Shown here piece by piece: positions 25,901 through 37,651 of a DNA stretch of 64,000 bases. The notes below the pieces were generated by a model, which worked only from the letters and a program-made list of their open reading frames with translations, did no database searches and had not been told where the DNA came from. Numbering within the stretch: position 1 is the stretch's first letter; each line of letters begins with the position of its first letter. The stretch comes from Octopus sinensis. Taxonomy: Eukaryota. The stretch lies in the NCBI RefSeq assembly GCF_006345805.1, contig NC_043001.1, forward strand, positions 7,192,001-7,256,000, read 5' to 3'. Both the position numbers and the translations under genes were made by a program.

Positions 25901-26240
25901 ATTATTATTAGTTCATCCGCCGTTCCCCTGCTGCCACGTTCCATTCGTAGACAGTGAAATCTATGTTCATGCAACTTCTCCAAGCAGGGTTGTCCTGTGC
26001 TCGAGTTTCCAATGTGTCGCGGTTGAGCTGAAAGCTCTTCAGTGAGGCCTTATTTGCATCTTCGGGGTACTTTTTTTGTCTACCTTGCTGCACTTGCCTT
26101 TCGCCGGTCTACGTGCGAAGTAAGTAGTCTGCGCTCTCCACAGTATACGTTTGTTATATCTCATTTTTCCATGTGGTGCACCTTGAACTGTTCTGTCAGG
26201 TAAGGATTAAATTATAGGTGTCATTTAGGTGCTGCAGCAC
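25901..26240 (-). mobile_element. RTE-clade LINE 3' fragment
   Basis: QGRQKKYPEDANKASLKSFQLNRDTLETRAQDNPAWRS matches the RTE/BovB-type ORF C-terminus (G-G-Q-K-K-R-Y-K-D-x-L-K-x-S-L-K...W-E-x-x-A-Q-D-R-x-x-W-R); (TAA)n tail. Confidence 0.75.
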
Positions 26241-26614
26241 AGAAGTAATGAGCAAAGGAAATACTGATATAATGGATTTCTGTAGGAATTGTGACGGATG
26301 TGTTGCGAAGTAATAACTCACGAGGATTACGGTTAGAGTTTAGGGAAATTTAGAGGTGAAGATGTGCAGTTGAATTAGTTGGGAGTTCTGCAGAAGAATG
26401 GAGCAGAGGTAATGGGAAAATACGTTAATCTCACAGAAGACGAATGATATTAAGGAAGATAGAGTGTGTTGTGTGTAATGGGGATTGGAATGTAGCGCTG
26501 GAAACTACGATCAATAGAGGATAGGAGTCATGTCCTATGAAGTATCGAAACGACACCTGAAGTACTGTCAAGAATCTTATATCGTGTATTTCCAAGACAT
26601 TGTAACAGGGCAGT

Positions 26615-26890
26615 GAAAAAATATATATAAAGAGATTAATCTAAAACTGCAGGAGTCTTTTAACAGTATTTATTAACTTAACCGGCTTCACTTATTTAAA
26701 AAGATTTTCAGAAGTAAAAATGTGAGGCTTTGTGAATCATCTGGGATGTTAAAAAACTAATATTTGGAACCACATACGATACACAAAACCTCACACTTTA
26801 CTTCTGAAGATCTTTTTTTAACTAAGTGAAATCGTTTAAATTTGTAAAAGACTCCTGCATTTCCAGATTCTTTTTCCATATATTTTTTAC
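26615..26890. mobile_element. Diverged palindromic Penelope-like insertion with degenerate outward-facing hammerheads
   Basis: Arms about 26615-26735 and 26782-26890; CTGAAGA...GAAATCG on plus, CTGAAAA...GAAGCCGGTT on minus. Confidence 0.65.
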
Positions 26891-26913
26891 ACGTCTATGT
26901 ATACATATATATA

Positions 26914-26968
<55 letters not shown>

Positions 26969-28344
26969 TTGTTTGTTTGTGATCGTCTGTGTGTGTGTGT
27001 GTATACGTACATATATATGAATGCATAAAACAGGAATGATCATGTGTCAAATTGTATAGTGTTTTCAAAGGTGTGTAGAATTACAACAGGTATTTCTCGA
27101 GTGCATATACATATGCTCCATTTTGTTTCAATTATTGGTGGAAAGATACACATATTAATGGCTATTCATAGATACTGTTATATATCATTCGAAATGAAGT
27201 GTAAATAGTAAATATACTCTCGTTAATTGTGTAGGACCTTATAAATAAAACAAAAACCCACGTATATATCAATGAAATTGTTAAAATGTTTCCCGAATGT
27301 GAATGGAAAATAAGTCACATGTTTTGGTCTAACAGCTTTCGCTCACTCATCATCTTACAAGGTAAAAATAAAAGAGAAGAAAAATATCTCAGATATTTCA
27401 ATGCTGCTATTTTTCCATGTTGAGGTTATTATCCCGACGTAGACAATAGCAAACTTCATATTATTTCAGAATATTAAGATATCCCTCCTATTTCTGGATC
27501 ACTAAATACCACTATTGTGTGAAATAATTGAAGGCAGCAGTGTCCAGATAAAGTAGATAAAATGGGAAATTAGATATGAAAATATAGATGTTAGTGCAAC
27601 GCATTGTGTTGTAACAGGAAATTAAAGACGAGAACTCGATATTCCGAGAACATTTTCAAACATAAATATTAAAAGATATACACTACGGTTAGAAGCGTGT
27701 GATTGATCGATGATATGATATTTTCGTGTGTAAACTATGGATGAAAATACGTATTCGAAAATATCGGAAGGCTCCGAATGTCAATTTAGATTATTACTAT
27801 AATTTTTGGAATATCAATACCCCCCTCCTTATACCATAAGGTCCTCGTGTATCTGTTTTGTCATTTGTTAGCCCTGTTTATGTTCTTGTCATATCTTATC
27901 AGTTTCGTGTGAGATAACTTTTTCAGATACCATCGATATTATTATACATGCTTCGTCATAAGAACCACAAACACAACACCATGTTAATCTGATGCTATGC
28001 TTCCATAATAAATATTATTTTAACATTATTTGTTTAGGTTATCTCGACAGATTAATATTCTAACATTATCCCGATATCTAGAATATTTCGATCCCAGGCA
28101 TTGTACAGAAGAACATAATTAAAGCCACATCAGAAACAGACACTCATTCTCTCTCTCACACACACACATACACGCACGCACACGCACACATAAACACATA
28201 TGAGCACATTGATAGAATGGAAGGATTATAAATTGTGGTACTAGTTGATTTGCGCATTTCTCAATGTTCACTAAAAGGTATCATTCTGTATTCTGGGAAT
28301 GCAATCTGTTGTGGATGCAGAGTGCATTTGCGCTGAGCGATAAT

Positions 28345-29065
28345 CCGGAGGTATAGGTTATATCTTGTTTCTATAGAAGATATTACGCTTGTGATTAACA
28401 GATGTCCTGAAATGTCGTCACGGGACTAACTCCCTATGTGGCACAATGTGGTTGCTAAGAGAATTTAAAAGGTCCTCCACAAAAGAAAAGACTGACAACG
28501 CCAGCCACAAAAAGACTGTCCTGAAATAAACTCAGAAAATTCATCAGTTATGGAATACTTTCATATTCACAAACTCAAGAAATACTGGTGGAATTTCTTA
28601 TCAAAACGCCTGTCAAATGTAAGCTTATCAGGTCGGGTATTGTTGTTTGGGACAGATGGGCAAATGTATGTATCATCATAGATGTCAGCTGCCCTGCAGA
28701 TATAAATATCTCTTTGAAAATCAGAGAAAAGAAGATATTTATGGACAACTGTTTCGAAACCTCAAGCTTCTACATCCAAACTATGAATTCATATTCATAC
28801 CAATAATAATTGGACCACTAGGTTCCGTTAGTAAATGTTTAAAGTAGAACATGGATAAAATGGGATTTTCACAACGAGAAACTGACCGGCTGTTTCATAC
28901 AGTACAAGTCGAATTTGTGACAGTAACACTAAAAGTATGCAACACATTTCTAAAGTTCAAAATGTAGATTTGTCTATGTTAACTATACCTCAAAGATGGA
29001 GCCTTGTACCTTAGTTGGAAACCGGCTCCCACCTCAGTGGAAGACATTTTAATAAATAAAAGTAG
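28345..29065 (+). mobile_element. 3' fragment of a non-LTR retrotransposon with a restriction-like endonuclease (R4/Dong/NeSL type)
   Basis: Zinc-knuckle remnant EDITLVINRCPEMSS..LPMWHNVVAK, then IVVWD..CIIIDVSCPAD.N.S.K..EK, IPIIIGPLG, LKVCNTFLKF*; frameshifts; A-rich 3' end. Confidence 0.8.
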
Positions 29066-29446
29066 AAAATATATGCATATATACTTAACCACATGTATAC
29101 CATGAATTAGCTACTACTTTCTCAGATGAAGCACCAATTATTGTCGTTGAACAGGTCGCGGTTTCAAAGCGACGAAAATTTTTTGACAAATACTAAATTT
29201 AAATGTTGAAGTGAAACTAACGGTATGTGTGTGTTCTTAGATGGTTTACAAACACATTCCACGCTGCAATTATTGTTGTTTCCGCACAAGTTCTCAGATC
29301 AAGTCACTTGCTATTCAAGTATATCTCTGTGATTTATATATATATATATATAAGTTCAGCAACATTTAGATTCAAATGAATATAGTACTTAAGCTAGACG
29401 CACCAGAATTTTGTATGGTGTTATCCATATAAATCTATAGGGTGAT

Positions 29447-29864
29447 TATAATCAAAATAAGCAACACGAAAATCTTCGGGAATTTGGTACGATCGTTTCA
29501 CGCTATATCATTTTATTAAACATTATACGTGTTACAACAGTTTAGAAATGTTGAGCAATCATCAGTCATTTATAGAGGTTTCCCATCAGTACATATACTA
29601 ATTTTCATGTTAACATTGTAAGTATTACAACAGTTTTAAAATGTTGAGCAATCATCAGCCATTTATAGAGGTTTCCTATCAGTACATATAGTTATTTTCA
29701 TGTTAACATGAAAATAAGTATATGTACTGATGGGAAACTTCTATAAATGGCTGATGATTGCTCAAAATTTTAAAACTGCTGTAATACATGTTTAATAAAA
29801 TGATGTAGCGTGAAACGATCGTACCAAATTAACGAAGATATTCTTGTTGCTTATTTTGATTATA
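29447..29864. mobile_element. Palindromic insertion with an 84-bp tandem duplication in the left arm
   Basis: Centre CATGTTAACATG (29699-29710); units 29532-29615 and 29625-29708; the right arm ends at (TA)n/(CA)n. Confidence 0.85.
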
Positions 29865-29878
29865 TATATACATACACA

Positions 29879-29947
<69 letters not shown>

Positions 29948-30393
29948 AAACAAAAAAATTCATGGTGTACGAAGAAAATTATCTTCAAGCAATCGAAGTA
30001 CGGCATGACAGGCAATCAGGGTTGCTGGGTATGCGCCTAAGAGTACAAGAATTAAGATATGGAGTAGCGAGCGGAACCTAGGGAGCGATAAATATATAAG
30101 TGAGATGTATACCACAGGCTAGTCGTTAGGCCAAGTGTATCTTGATCAAATGAAGTTTACATGGAGGTGTAGGTTAAAACAGGAAAAATTCGATCAGCAT
30201 TTGTCTAATCTGAGCAAATCTTACGTGTACCTCTGTGCACTTTCTTGCGAGAATGTAATCATTTTATCAAGATAACCTTGCCCTGAGAAGTAACCTATAC
30301 AGTACGCACCTCGCATGAATATTTACCACTTCCGACGTTCCCCTCACTATGACACATCATCTACTACATTCCATAACTCTTTCATATACAAAG

Positions 30394-30425
<32 letters not shown>

Positions 30426-30569
30426 GCACATACATAAATGACAACCTACATGAATGAGGGGTCAACTCCGCATTGGGGGGTGAATAAATTTCTTTATTTG
30501 TGTATTAAATCTAACATTGGTTTCATGCGAATAAAAATATCTTCATATCTTAACAAGTTTTCAAGCCAA

Positions 30570-30586
30570 TCACATATATCATATAC

Positions 30587-30631
<45 letters not shown>

Positions 30632-30651
30632 TATGTATATATACATATGTG

Positions 30652-30710
<59 letters not shown>

Positions 30711-30727
30711 GTATATATGCATATATG

Positions 30728-30804
<77 letters not shown>

Positions 30805-30812
30805 ATATATAC
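30570..30812. repeat. Long interrupted (TA)n microsatellite
   Basis: Read directly from the sequence. Confidence 0.95.
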
Positions 30813-31292
30813 ACTTTGTGCACTTTGTATGGAATCCTTTAGTTGAATAAACAAAGCGTGCTTTCGTGATGTCATATATCTTGGTCCATTTCTAAGACTA
30901 TACGATGTAATTATTTTCATTATATAATCAAACTTATTACAGCTGCGACTGCAATATTCAACATTAACTTTTACGCATAGACTCATGATTATTATGAGAT
31001 TGTTGGGCAACTGTTCTAAATAATATTGTCATAATCCGGCCTGGCAAAGAAATGGATGAAAAATGAAAGCGAGCATGATATACACATATCGGCAAATTAT
31101 GACATATTGAATTTAGCACGTGACTTTTGTGTTTGGCACAGCGTTAACAATACCGTCTGTCTGTTTTATTGAATACAAGTTCATACTCCAAAAACTTATT
31201 TCTTTGCTAACTTTCTGGTTATTAAAATTAACGTCTCTAAAATTTCTGGAATCTATTTAATCAATACATTCTATTCAAAGGAATCCGAATGA

Positions 31293-31305
31293 ACTACTAC
31301 TACTT

Positions 31306-31347
<42 letters not shown>

Positions 31348-31369
31348 TACTACTACTACTACTACTACT
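31293..31369. repeat. (ACT)n microsatellite
   Basis: Read directly from the sequence. Confidence 0.95.
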
Positions 31370-31569
31370 GATGCTAGTCATGCTCATGGTAAGCTGAATT
31401 AGAATAGCAGCAACAAAAAACATTTATGGAGGGGTCATAGGCGATTGCCTATACACACATCAACACAGTCTCAGGCAGCGAAATTCAAACAAGAGTTAGC
31501 TATTTTTGTCACGGGAGAAGTGCACTTCTTCAGGCGAGAGGTGACTGACTCTCATGTGCCATATACGTC

Positions 31570-31810
31570 TCGCCTTCACCTTCGGAACGTAGAGTAGATG
31601 AAACCATGGCGACTGAAGAAGGAGTTTTTTCCTTGTGTTATTTGTCCTGTACTCTATTTTTTTGTTGTTTAAGAAAAATGTCCAGTTCCTTGGGTTTTTG
31701 TCTGTTTTCGTTTCTCATTGTGTTCGACGTTTTTCTGGTGTTCTGTACTCATATATGCGTGTATATATATATGTAGAGGTAGGTACATACATTATGTATA
31801 TATATATGTA
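31570..31810 (+). mobile_element. Terminal fragment of repeat family G
   Basis: GTAGAGTAGATGAAAC...ATGTAGAGGTAGGTAC is closely similar to the reverse complement of about 42190-42430; ends in (TA)n. Confidence 0.8.
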
Positions 31811-31819
31811 TGTTATTAT

Positions 31820-31857
<38 letters not shown>

Positions 31858-31862
31858 ATATA

Positions 31863-31910
<48 letters not shown>

Positions 31911-31914
<4 letters not shown>

Positions 31915-32235
31915 GACTCCGCCGGTTACGACGACGAGGGTCCCAGCTGATACGATCAACGGAACAGCTTGCTCGTGAAATTAACGTGCAAATGGCTGAG
32001 CATTCCACAGACACGTGTACCCTTAACGTAGTTCTCGGGGATAATCAGCGTGACACAGAGAGTGACAAGGCTGACCCTTTGAAATACAAGTACAACTCAT
32101 TTTTGCCAGCTGAGTGGACTGGAGCAACGTGAAATAAAGTGTCTTGCTCAAGGACACAACGCGTCGCCGGGAATCGAACTCACAACCTTACGATCATGAG
32201 CCGAATGCCCTAACCACTAAGCCACGCGCCCTCAC
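31911..32235 (-). mobile_element. Full-length tRNA-derived SINE family E
   Basis: Minus-strand head GTGAGGGCGCGTGGCTTAGTGGTTAGGGC..GAGTTCGATTCCC (A and B boxes), then TTGTGTCCTTGAGCAAGACACTTTA. Confidence 0.85.
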
Positions 32236-32295
32236 TTATATATATATATACATATACTCTATGCAGAAAGCGCGAAATTTTTGAAAAGGGGTCAG

Positions 32296-32450
32296 GTGAT
32301 TTGATCGACCCCAGTATGCACGTGGTACTTAATTTTTCGACCCCGAAAGAATGAAAGGCAAAGTCGTCCGCGGCGCAATTTGATCTCAGAACGTAAAGAC
32401 AGACGAAATACCGCAAAGCATTCTGCCCGGCGTACTGACATTTTTTGCCA
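32296..32450 (-). mobile_element. SINE family D fragment
   Basis: CGACCCCGAAAGAATGAAAGGCAAAGTCG matches the reverse complement of 37420-37651. Confidence 0.75.
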
Positions 32451-32715
32451 TGTGCCAAGTGACATTTTTTGCCGTGTGATAATTGCGCAAGCACACGCTA
32501 CACACCTTTCTTTCAAGCAATTCTGTAAGTAGCCCACGTAAGCTAGACCATTAAAACTCCACGTACATGCATAGTAGAGGTCAAGTTCAATATGTGCCAA
32601 GCGGCTTTACTCTGTGTTGTTCAGCTGCAATATGTTGGCAACTGTCCCGACACTTATTTATCAGACCACGTACATATGTTTGTAAATATATATATGTATA
32701 TATATATATATATAT

Positions 32716-32865
32716 ACAACTTATAAGAAAGGGCTAAAGAAAAATTGTTTCAAAGCCAATATACTGATTTTCCACATATAATCTACACGCTATATGTAGA
32801 TTATATGTGGAAAATCAGCATATTGGCTTTGAAATAATTTTCTTTAGCCCTTACTTATAAGTTGT
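32716..32865. repeat. About 150-bp near-perfect palindrome next to (TA)n
   Basis: Arms 32716-32787 and 32795-32865, 7-nt loop CGCTATA. Confidence 0.9.
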
Positions 32866-33509
32866 TTATAATTTTAACCGTAAAGGTATTTTAATATGCT
32901 GCCACATTTCTTGATGGAATTCTTTTCTGTAGAGAAAAAAACATTCATCCTATATTAGTAGTAGTAGTATATATATATATATAATAGAAAAAAAGTTGCC
33001 CATATATCTATTCACTGCGGCCGTTTCAAGCGACTTCTTTAATTGATTAACGAAAACATTACATCATTTGGAGAAAACCGTTCTCATCAGATGACCTCTT
33101 AGTCTTGATACATATAGAATACATCCAGTATAAGCAAGTATTGATAAGTATACTTTGGTATCACGAGTAATACGGGGATTTAATATCCTCAATTTAAGCA
33201 ACTGTGCATGCAGATATTTTTATTCACACCCATACACACATACACGCACTGTCAGTGACGTCCATGCTAGACCAGACGCGTATTCACACGCTTAGGCCTT
33301 GAGTACTCACATAACTACACGCAATCATTTTGATACTAGATATATCTACAGGAGTTTAATATTACGATGCTCGTGTTTACCATCCTATTTATAATGAGTA
33401 TGAAAATATAATATATTTTCTATCTCTAAGTTTCTCAGCGGCAGTCTATCACATTTCTAGAAAGTCCCTTCTATCTTAAAAATATTTCAAATTAAACATA
33501 AAAACACAT

Positions 33510-33593
<84 letters not shown>

Positions 33594-33794
33594 TATGCAT
33601 AGTCTGTATATAGACTACACTTCGTTACGCTCTCTAATTATATGAGAACAAGATGACATGGAACATGTTGCTTGATTACTCAAACGTTTATATCTGTGTT
33701 TATATTCATAAAGGCCCTGGACGATGTGTTGTTGGTAAACTCGTAACGAAGGGATGAAGATGATACCTTAACATTCATTATGACACTTACTTCT

Positions 33795-33808
33795 CCTCCT
33801 CCTCCTCC

Positions 33809-33842
<34 letters not shown>

Positions 33843-34090
33843 TTAACCTCCGTTGTCCAACCTGGAATGGGTTGGACAGTTTGACCGGGGTTGGCAATCT
33901 AAAAGGCATAGTCTCTACGGCTGGATACCCGTCTTAACGCCAACCACTCCGAGAGTGTAATGGGTGATATTAGGTGCTGTCGGTACAAGTGCCATTTGCG
34001 TGACACCAGTATCTGTCACGACTGCGTTTTTACACGTCTCAGTAGGTCTTCTTCTCAACCCTCGAAAGGCGCTGTTTACGTGCTAGTTAC
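33795..34090 (-). mobile_element. SINE-like element (family F) with a (GAT)n tail
   Basis: Minus strand carries TTGGCGTTAAGACGGGTATCCAGCCGTAGA and ends GGTTAAATGATGATGATG..., a 3' end of the kind shared by RTE-mobilised SINEs. Confidence 0.55.
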
Positions 34091-34223
34091 TCGCCACCAG
34101 CATTGGCTACGACTAAATGCTAGCAACAGCTGTGGATGGCTGGAGAGTGCCGATCATGATATCCCTTCATCGTTCAGTTTTCGCTGTAAGCCGAAGCATC
34201 ACAAGAGGTGTGGGCAGTAGTCA

Positions 34224-34440
34224 CCAGATTCCGGACAACCCAACCACATATACGTGCACTGCGACATAATTTTTTTTCCTCAACAGGCCCTACTCTGTTT
34301 AACATTGTGCCGAATAAGATGAAAGAGGAAAAGGATCCCATCACCTTTAAACGGAGTCTGGGCAGATTTCTTCAAGGGATACCGAATAAGCCACCCATAT
34401 CTGGAAACAACTCACTCAACAAGAACTCAACAAGAACTCA
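34224..34440 (+). mobile_element. CR1-like LINE 3' fragment
   Basis: LRHNFFSSTGPTLFNIVP..DPITFKRSLGRFLQGIPNKPP, homologous to the peptide at 40406-40790. Confidence 0.75.
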
Positions 34441-34512
34441 CTACTTCAATAGACACACACACACGCATACACACACACACGCACACCACACACACACATA
34501 CACACACACACA

Positions 34513-34550
<38 letters not shown>

Positions 34551-35033
34551 ACATATATATATATATATAATATGATTGCTTCGTCTTGACAAATGATAGC
34601 CGTCCATTCAAAACGCACACCTTTCTCAATCACAGGTAACAATCGCTCCATTTATGATACCTCTCATTACTTTGAAGACAAGCAGCTGATTGACAGGATG
34701 TAATTCAAGAGTGACAGGTATTATTCAAACTTCTGCACTTTTGCCCTTTGAAATCCGATTCTAAAAGAAATGATTTTGTGAACTAGCATATGTCTTTTAA
34801 GTCCAGATATTATCTTCCAAGGTTTATGACATGTGACACTGCTTTAGAGAAATGGTTGGGGCTCAAGATTATTAGGTGCCTGGGCATTTCGATTATCAAG
34901 CGGCTTCGCATGATTCACGTATCCTGCTCTTGACAACAGAACACGATCCTACAGAATATATATCCAATATTCACTGTTGACTCCAGTTCCGTTTCTTCCT
35001 TTCCAACAGGCGCTTTAAAGCTCAGAGCGCTTG

Positions 35034-35093
<60 letters not shown>

Positions 35094-35395
35094 CATATAT
35101 ATGTCGCTTTAAATTAGAGAATGTATATACTACTATGAAATATTATCATAGTTATTATTATTATCATTATTATTGAGTGAGAGATCAGTGCATGCCATCA
35201 AAGTGACACTGGGGTAAAATATACGAAGCCCAGTATACCCATCATGACTACCCGCCTGATAAGGGTACACTAGGCACATGCTTCATAACCATGTGCGCGT
35301 GACATAGTGATAAACAGCACATGACCTTGCAGGTAGGGCCCAATACATGTATGTATATATATATATATATTATATATATATTATATATATATACA

Positions 35396-35470
<75 letters not shown>

Positions 35471-35763
35471 GCATATTCTGTATATAGACTACACTTCGTT
35501 ACGCTCAAGTGAATCTGAACATGAGCAGATAGAGGAGGAAATGTATAGACAAGCAAGTTAATCCCTCGATATACATTGAATAGGAAATATATTTAATGAA
35601 AATGAATGAACTAATGTATACATATCACCAGAAAAGTGCGACTTACACTGAATAGAAATGATTCCACGAATTAAATGGGATGAATAAGAGCATTATAAAT
35701 ATACGAGAGAGACACACACACATATAGACAGGAAGAGAAATTTGAATATATATATATATATAG

Positions 35764-36295
35764 GCACAGGTGTGGCTCTTTGGTAAGTTGCTTGCTTACG
35801 AACCACATGGTTTTGCGTTGAATTCCACTGCATAGCAACTTGGGGAAGTGTTTTCAACTATATCCCCGGGCCGATCAAATCCTTGTTAGTTGGTTTGATA
35901 AACGGAAACTGAAAGAAGCTCGTAGTATAAATGTTTGTGAGTGTTTATGTATATGTCGTACATGATATATATATATATATATATATATATCATGTTATCA
36001 CGTGACCTACCAGTCTATCAGATGTAGTTACACATCGCTGGTCACAATGCGTTCGCATTGTTTTTAGCCTTCGAATGACGCCACCCCGATGGCTAAGCGA
36101 GCAGGCCAACAGAAGAAAGAGTGGGTGAAAGAGTGGTGAAAGAGTACAGCAGGGATCACCACCCACTGCCAGAGCCTCGTGGAGCTTTTTTAGGTGTTTT
36201 CGCTCAATAAACACCCACAACGCCCGGTTTGGGAATGGAAACCGCGATCCTAGGACCGCGTGTCCGCTGCCCTAACCACTGGACCATTGCGCCTC

Positions 36296-36328
<33 letters not shown>

Positions 36329-36570
36329 GCATGCATGTATGTATGTGTATGTATATGTTTGCGTGTCTGTGTTTGTGCCCCCAACATCTCTTGACAACCG
36401 ATGCTGGTGTGTCTAATTCCGCGTAACCTAGCGATTCGGCAAAACGACCGGTAGAATAATTACTAAGCTTACAAAGATTAAGCCCTGGGGTCGATTTGCT
36501 TGACTAAAAGTGGTGCTCCAGCATGGCTGCAGTGCAATAACTGTAACAAATAGAAGAAAAAGAAATAAAA
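35764..36570 (+). mobile_element. Older SINE family A split by a nested family C SINE
   Basis: 5' half 35764-35940 and 3' half about 36340-36570; the insert lies in the central microsatellite. Confidence 0.8.
35990..36296 (-). mobile_element. SINE family C (nested)
   Basis: Colinear with 3860-4135 and 58374-58667. Confidence 0.9.
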
Positions 36571-36594
36571 ATTACATATATGTATCCCCTTCTT

Positions 36595-36825
36595 CCTACC
36601 CTTCCGGTCTGACAACCTCTGTCCGGCCTTCGCTATGATTAATCGCTAGCCACTAAACCTTTTTCTTTCTCCGTCTTTGTTTGAGTGTTCCTCTCTGTCG
36701 AAGTGCGTAGGCTCGAAACGTAAAAGTCTTTCTGACATTCCAAGCATTAAAATAATACATCTGTTTGTTGTTTACACAACTGTCTTCGTATTGTTTTTTG
36801 CTTTTTTCTTTTAAATTTCAACTAT
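36595..36825 (+). mobile_element. Penelope-like terminal fragment, family b, with a hammerhead-like motif at 36691-36726
   Basis: CTGTCGA A GTGC-GTAG-GCTC GAAA CG TA AAAG; ends at TA/GA repeats. Confidence 0.75.
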
Positions 36826-36849
36826 ATATATATAGAGAGAGAGATGGAT

Positions 36850-36888
<39 letters not shown>

Positions 36889-36956
36889 CACAAGGAAAGT
36901 AATTGCATTATATTCATCCTTTCATTAAGATCTTAATAGCATATCACCAACACATT

Positions 36957-37292
36957 TTCATAAATTAAGTTTCCTAAACAAAATAAACCCGAAGAACATA
37001 ATCCATGACAAACTATCATCAAAATAGCCCCCTCTCAACCAATAATAAACCCTCTAATTATCCCCGCTAATATTACCCCCATATGACCAATAGAAGAATA
37101 AGCAATCAATCTTTTTATATCCCTCTGACCAACACAAATAACAGAAGTTAATAAACCTCCCCATAAACAAATAACAACCAATAATACTATATGACTACCA
37201 CCTAAAAACTTAAATAACCCCATAAATCGTATAATTCCATACCCACCTAATTTCAATAATACACTTGCCAAAATTATAGACCCAGAAATAGG
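36957..37292 (-). pseudogene. ND4: Nuclear copy of mitochondrial NADH dehydrogenase subunit 4 (NUMT), 112 codons
   Basis: Invertebrate mitochondrial code gives an uninterrupted PISGSMILASVLLKLGGYG...QSDMKSLIAYSSIGHMG...GWEGAILMMVCHGLCSSGLFCLGNLIYE; in-frame TGA (37035-37037) falls at a Trp position and AGA/AGG at Ser positions. Confidence 0.95.
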
Positions 37293-37419
37293 ATATGTAC
37301 ATAGATATAAATGATTGTGTAAAATCGCAAAATATTGTTTGTGCGTGTGTGTATTAGTGTGTTTGTGTGTGTGCATCTGTGTGTGTGTGTGTCTGTGTAC
37401 GATATTTAGTTAATTCAAA

Positions 37420-37651
37420 AGGCGGCGAGCTGGCAGAACCGTTAGCACGCCGGGCGAAATGCGTAGCTGTATTTCGTCTGCCATTACGTTCTGAGTTCAA
37501 ATTCCGCCGAGGTCGACTTTGCCTTTCATCCTTTCGGGGTCGATAAATTAAGTACCAGTTACGCACTGGGGTCGATGTAATCGACTTAATCCGTTTGTCT
37601 GTCCTTGTTTGTCTCCTCTGTGTGTAGCCCCTTGTGGGTAATAAAGAAACG
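37420..37651 (+). mobile_element. Full-length tRNA-derived SINE family D with a target-site duplication
   Basis: Head GGCGGCGAGCTGGCAGAACCG..GAGTTCAAATTCC; flanked by GATATTTAGTTA(A/T)TTCAAA at 37401-37419 and 37652-37670. Confidence 0.9.

Noticed and set aside
31600-31650. Hammerhead at CTGAAGA AGG..CCTT in family G (also 42385-42405 minus)
   Set aside because: The stem is followed by GTGTTA rather than GAAA, so the core is incomplete
36957-37292. Functional nuclear ND4 gene or whole-mitogenome contig
   Set aside because: Only an internal third of ND4 is present, it has an in-frame TGA under the standard code, and both flanks are nuclear repeats
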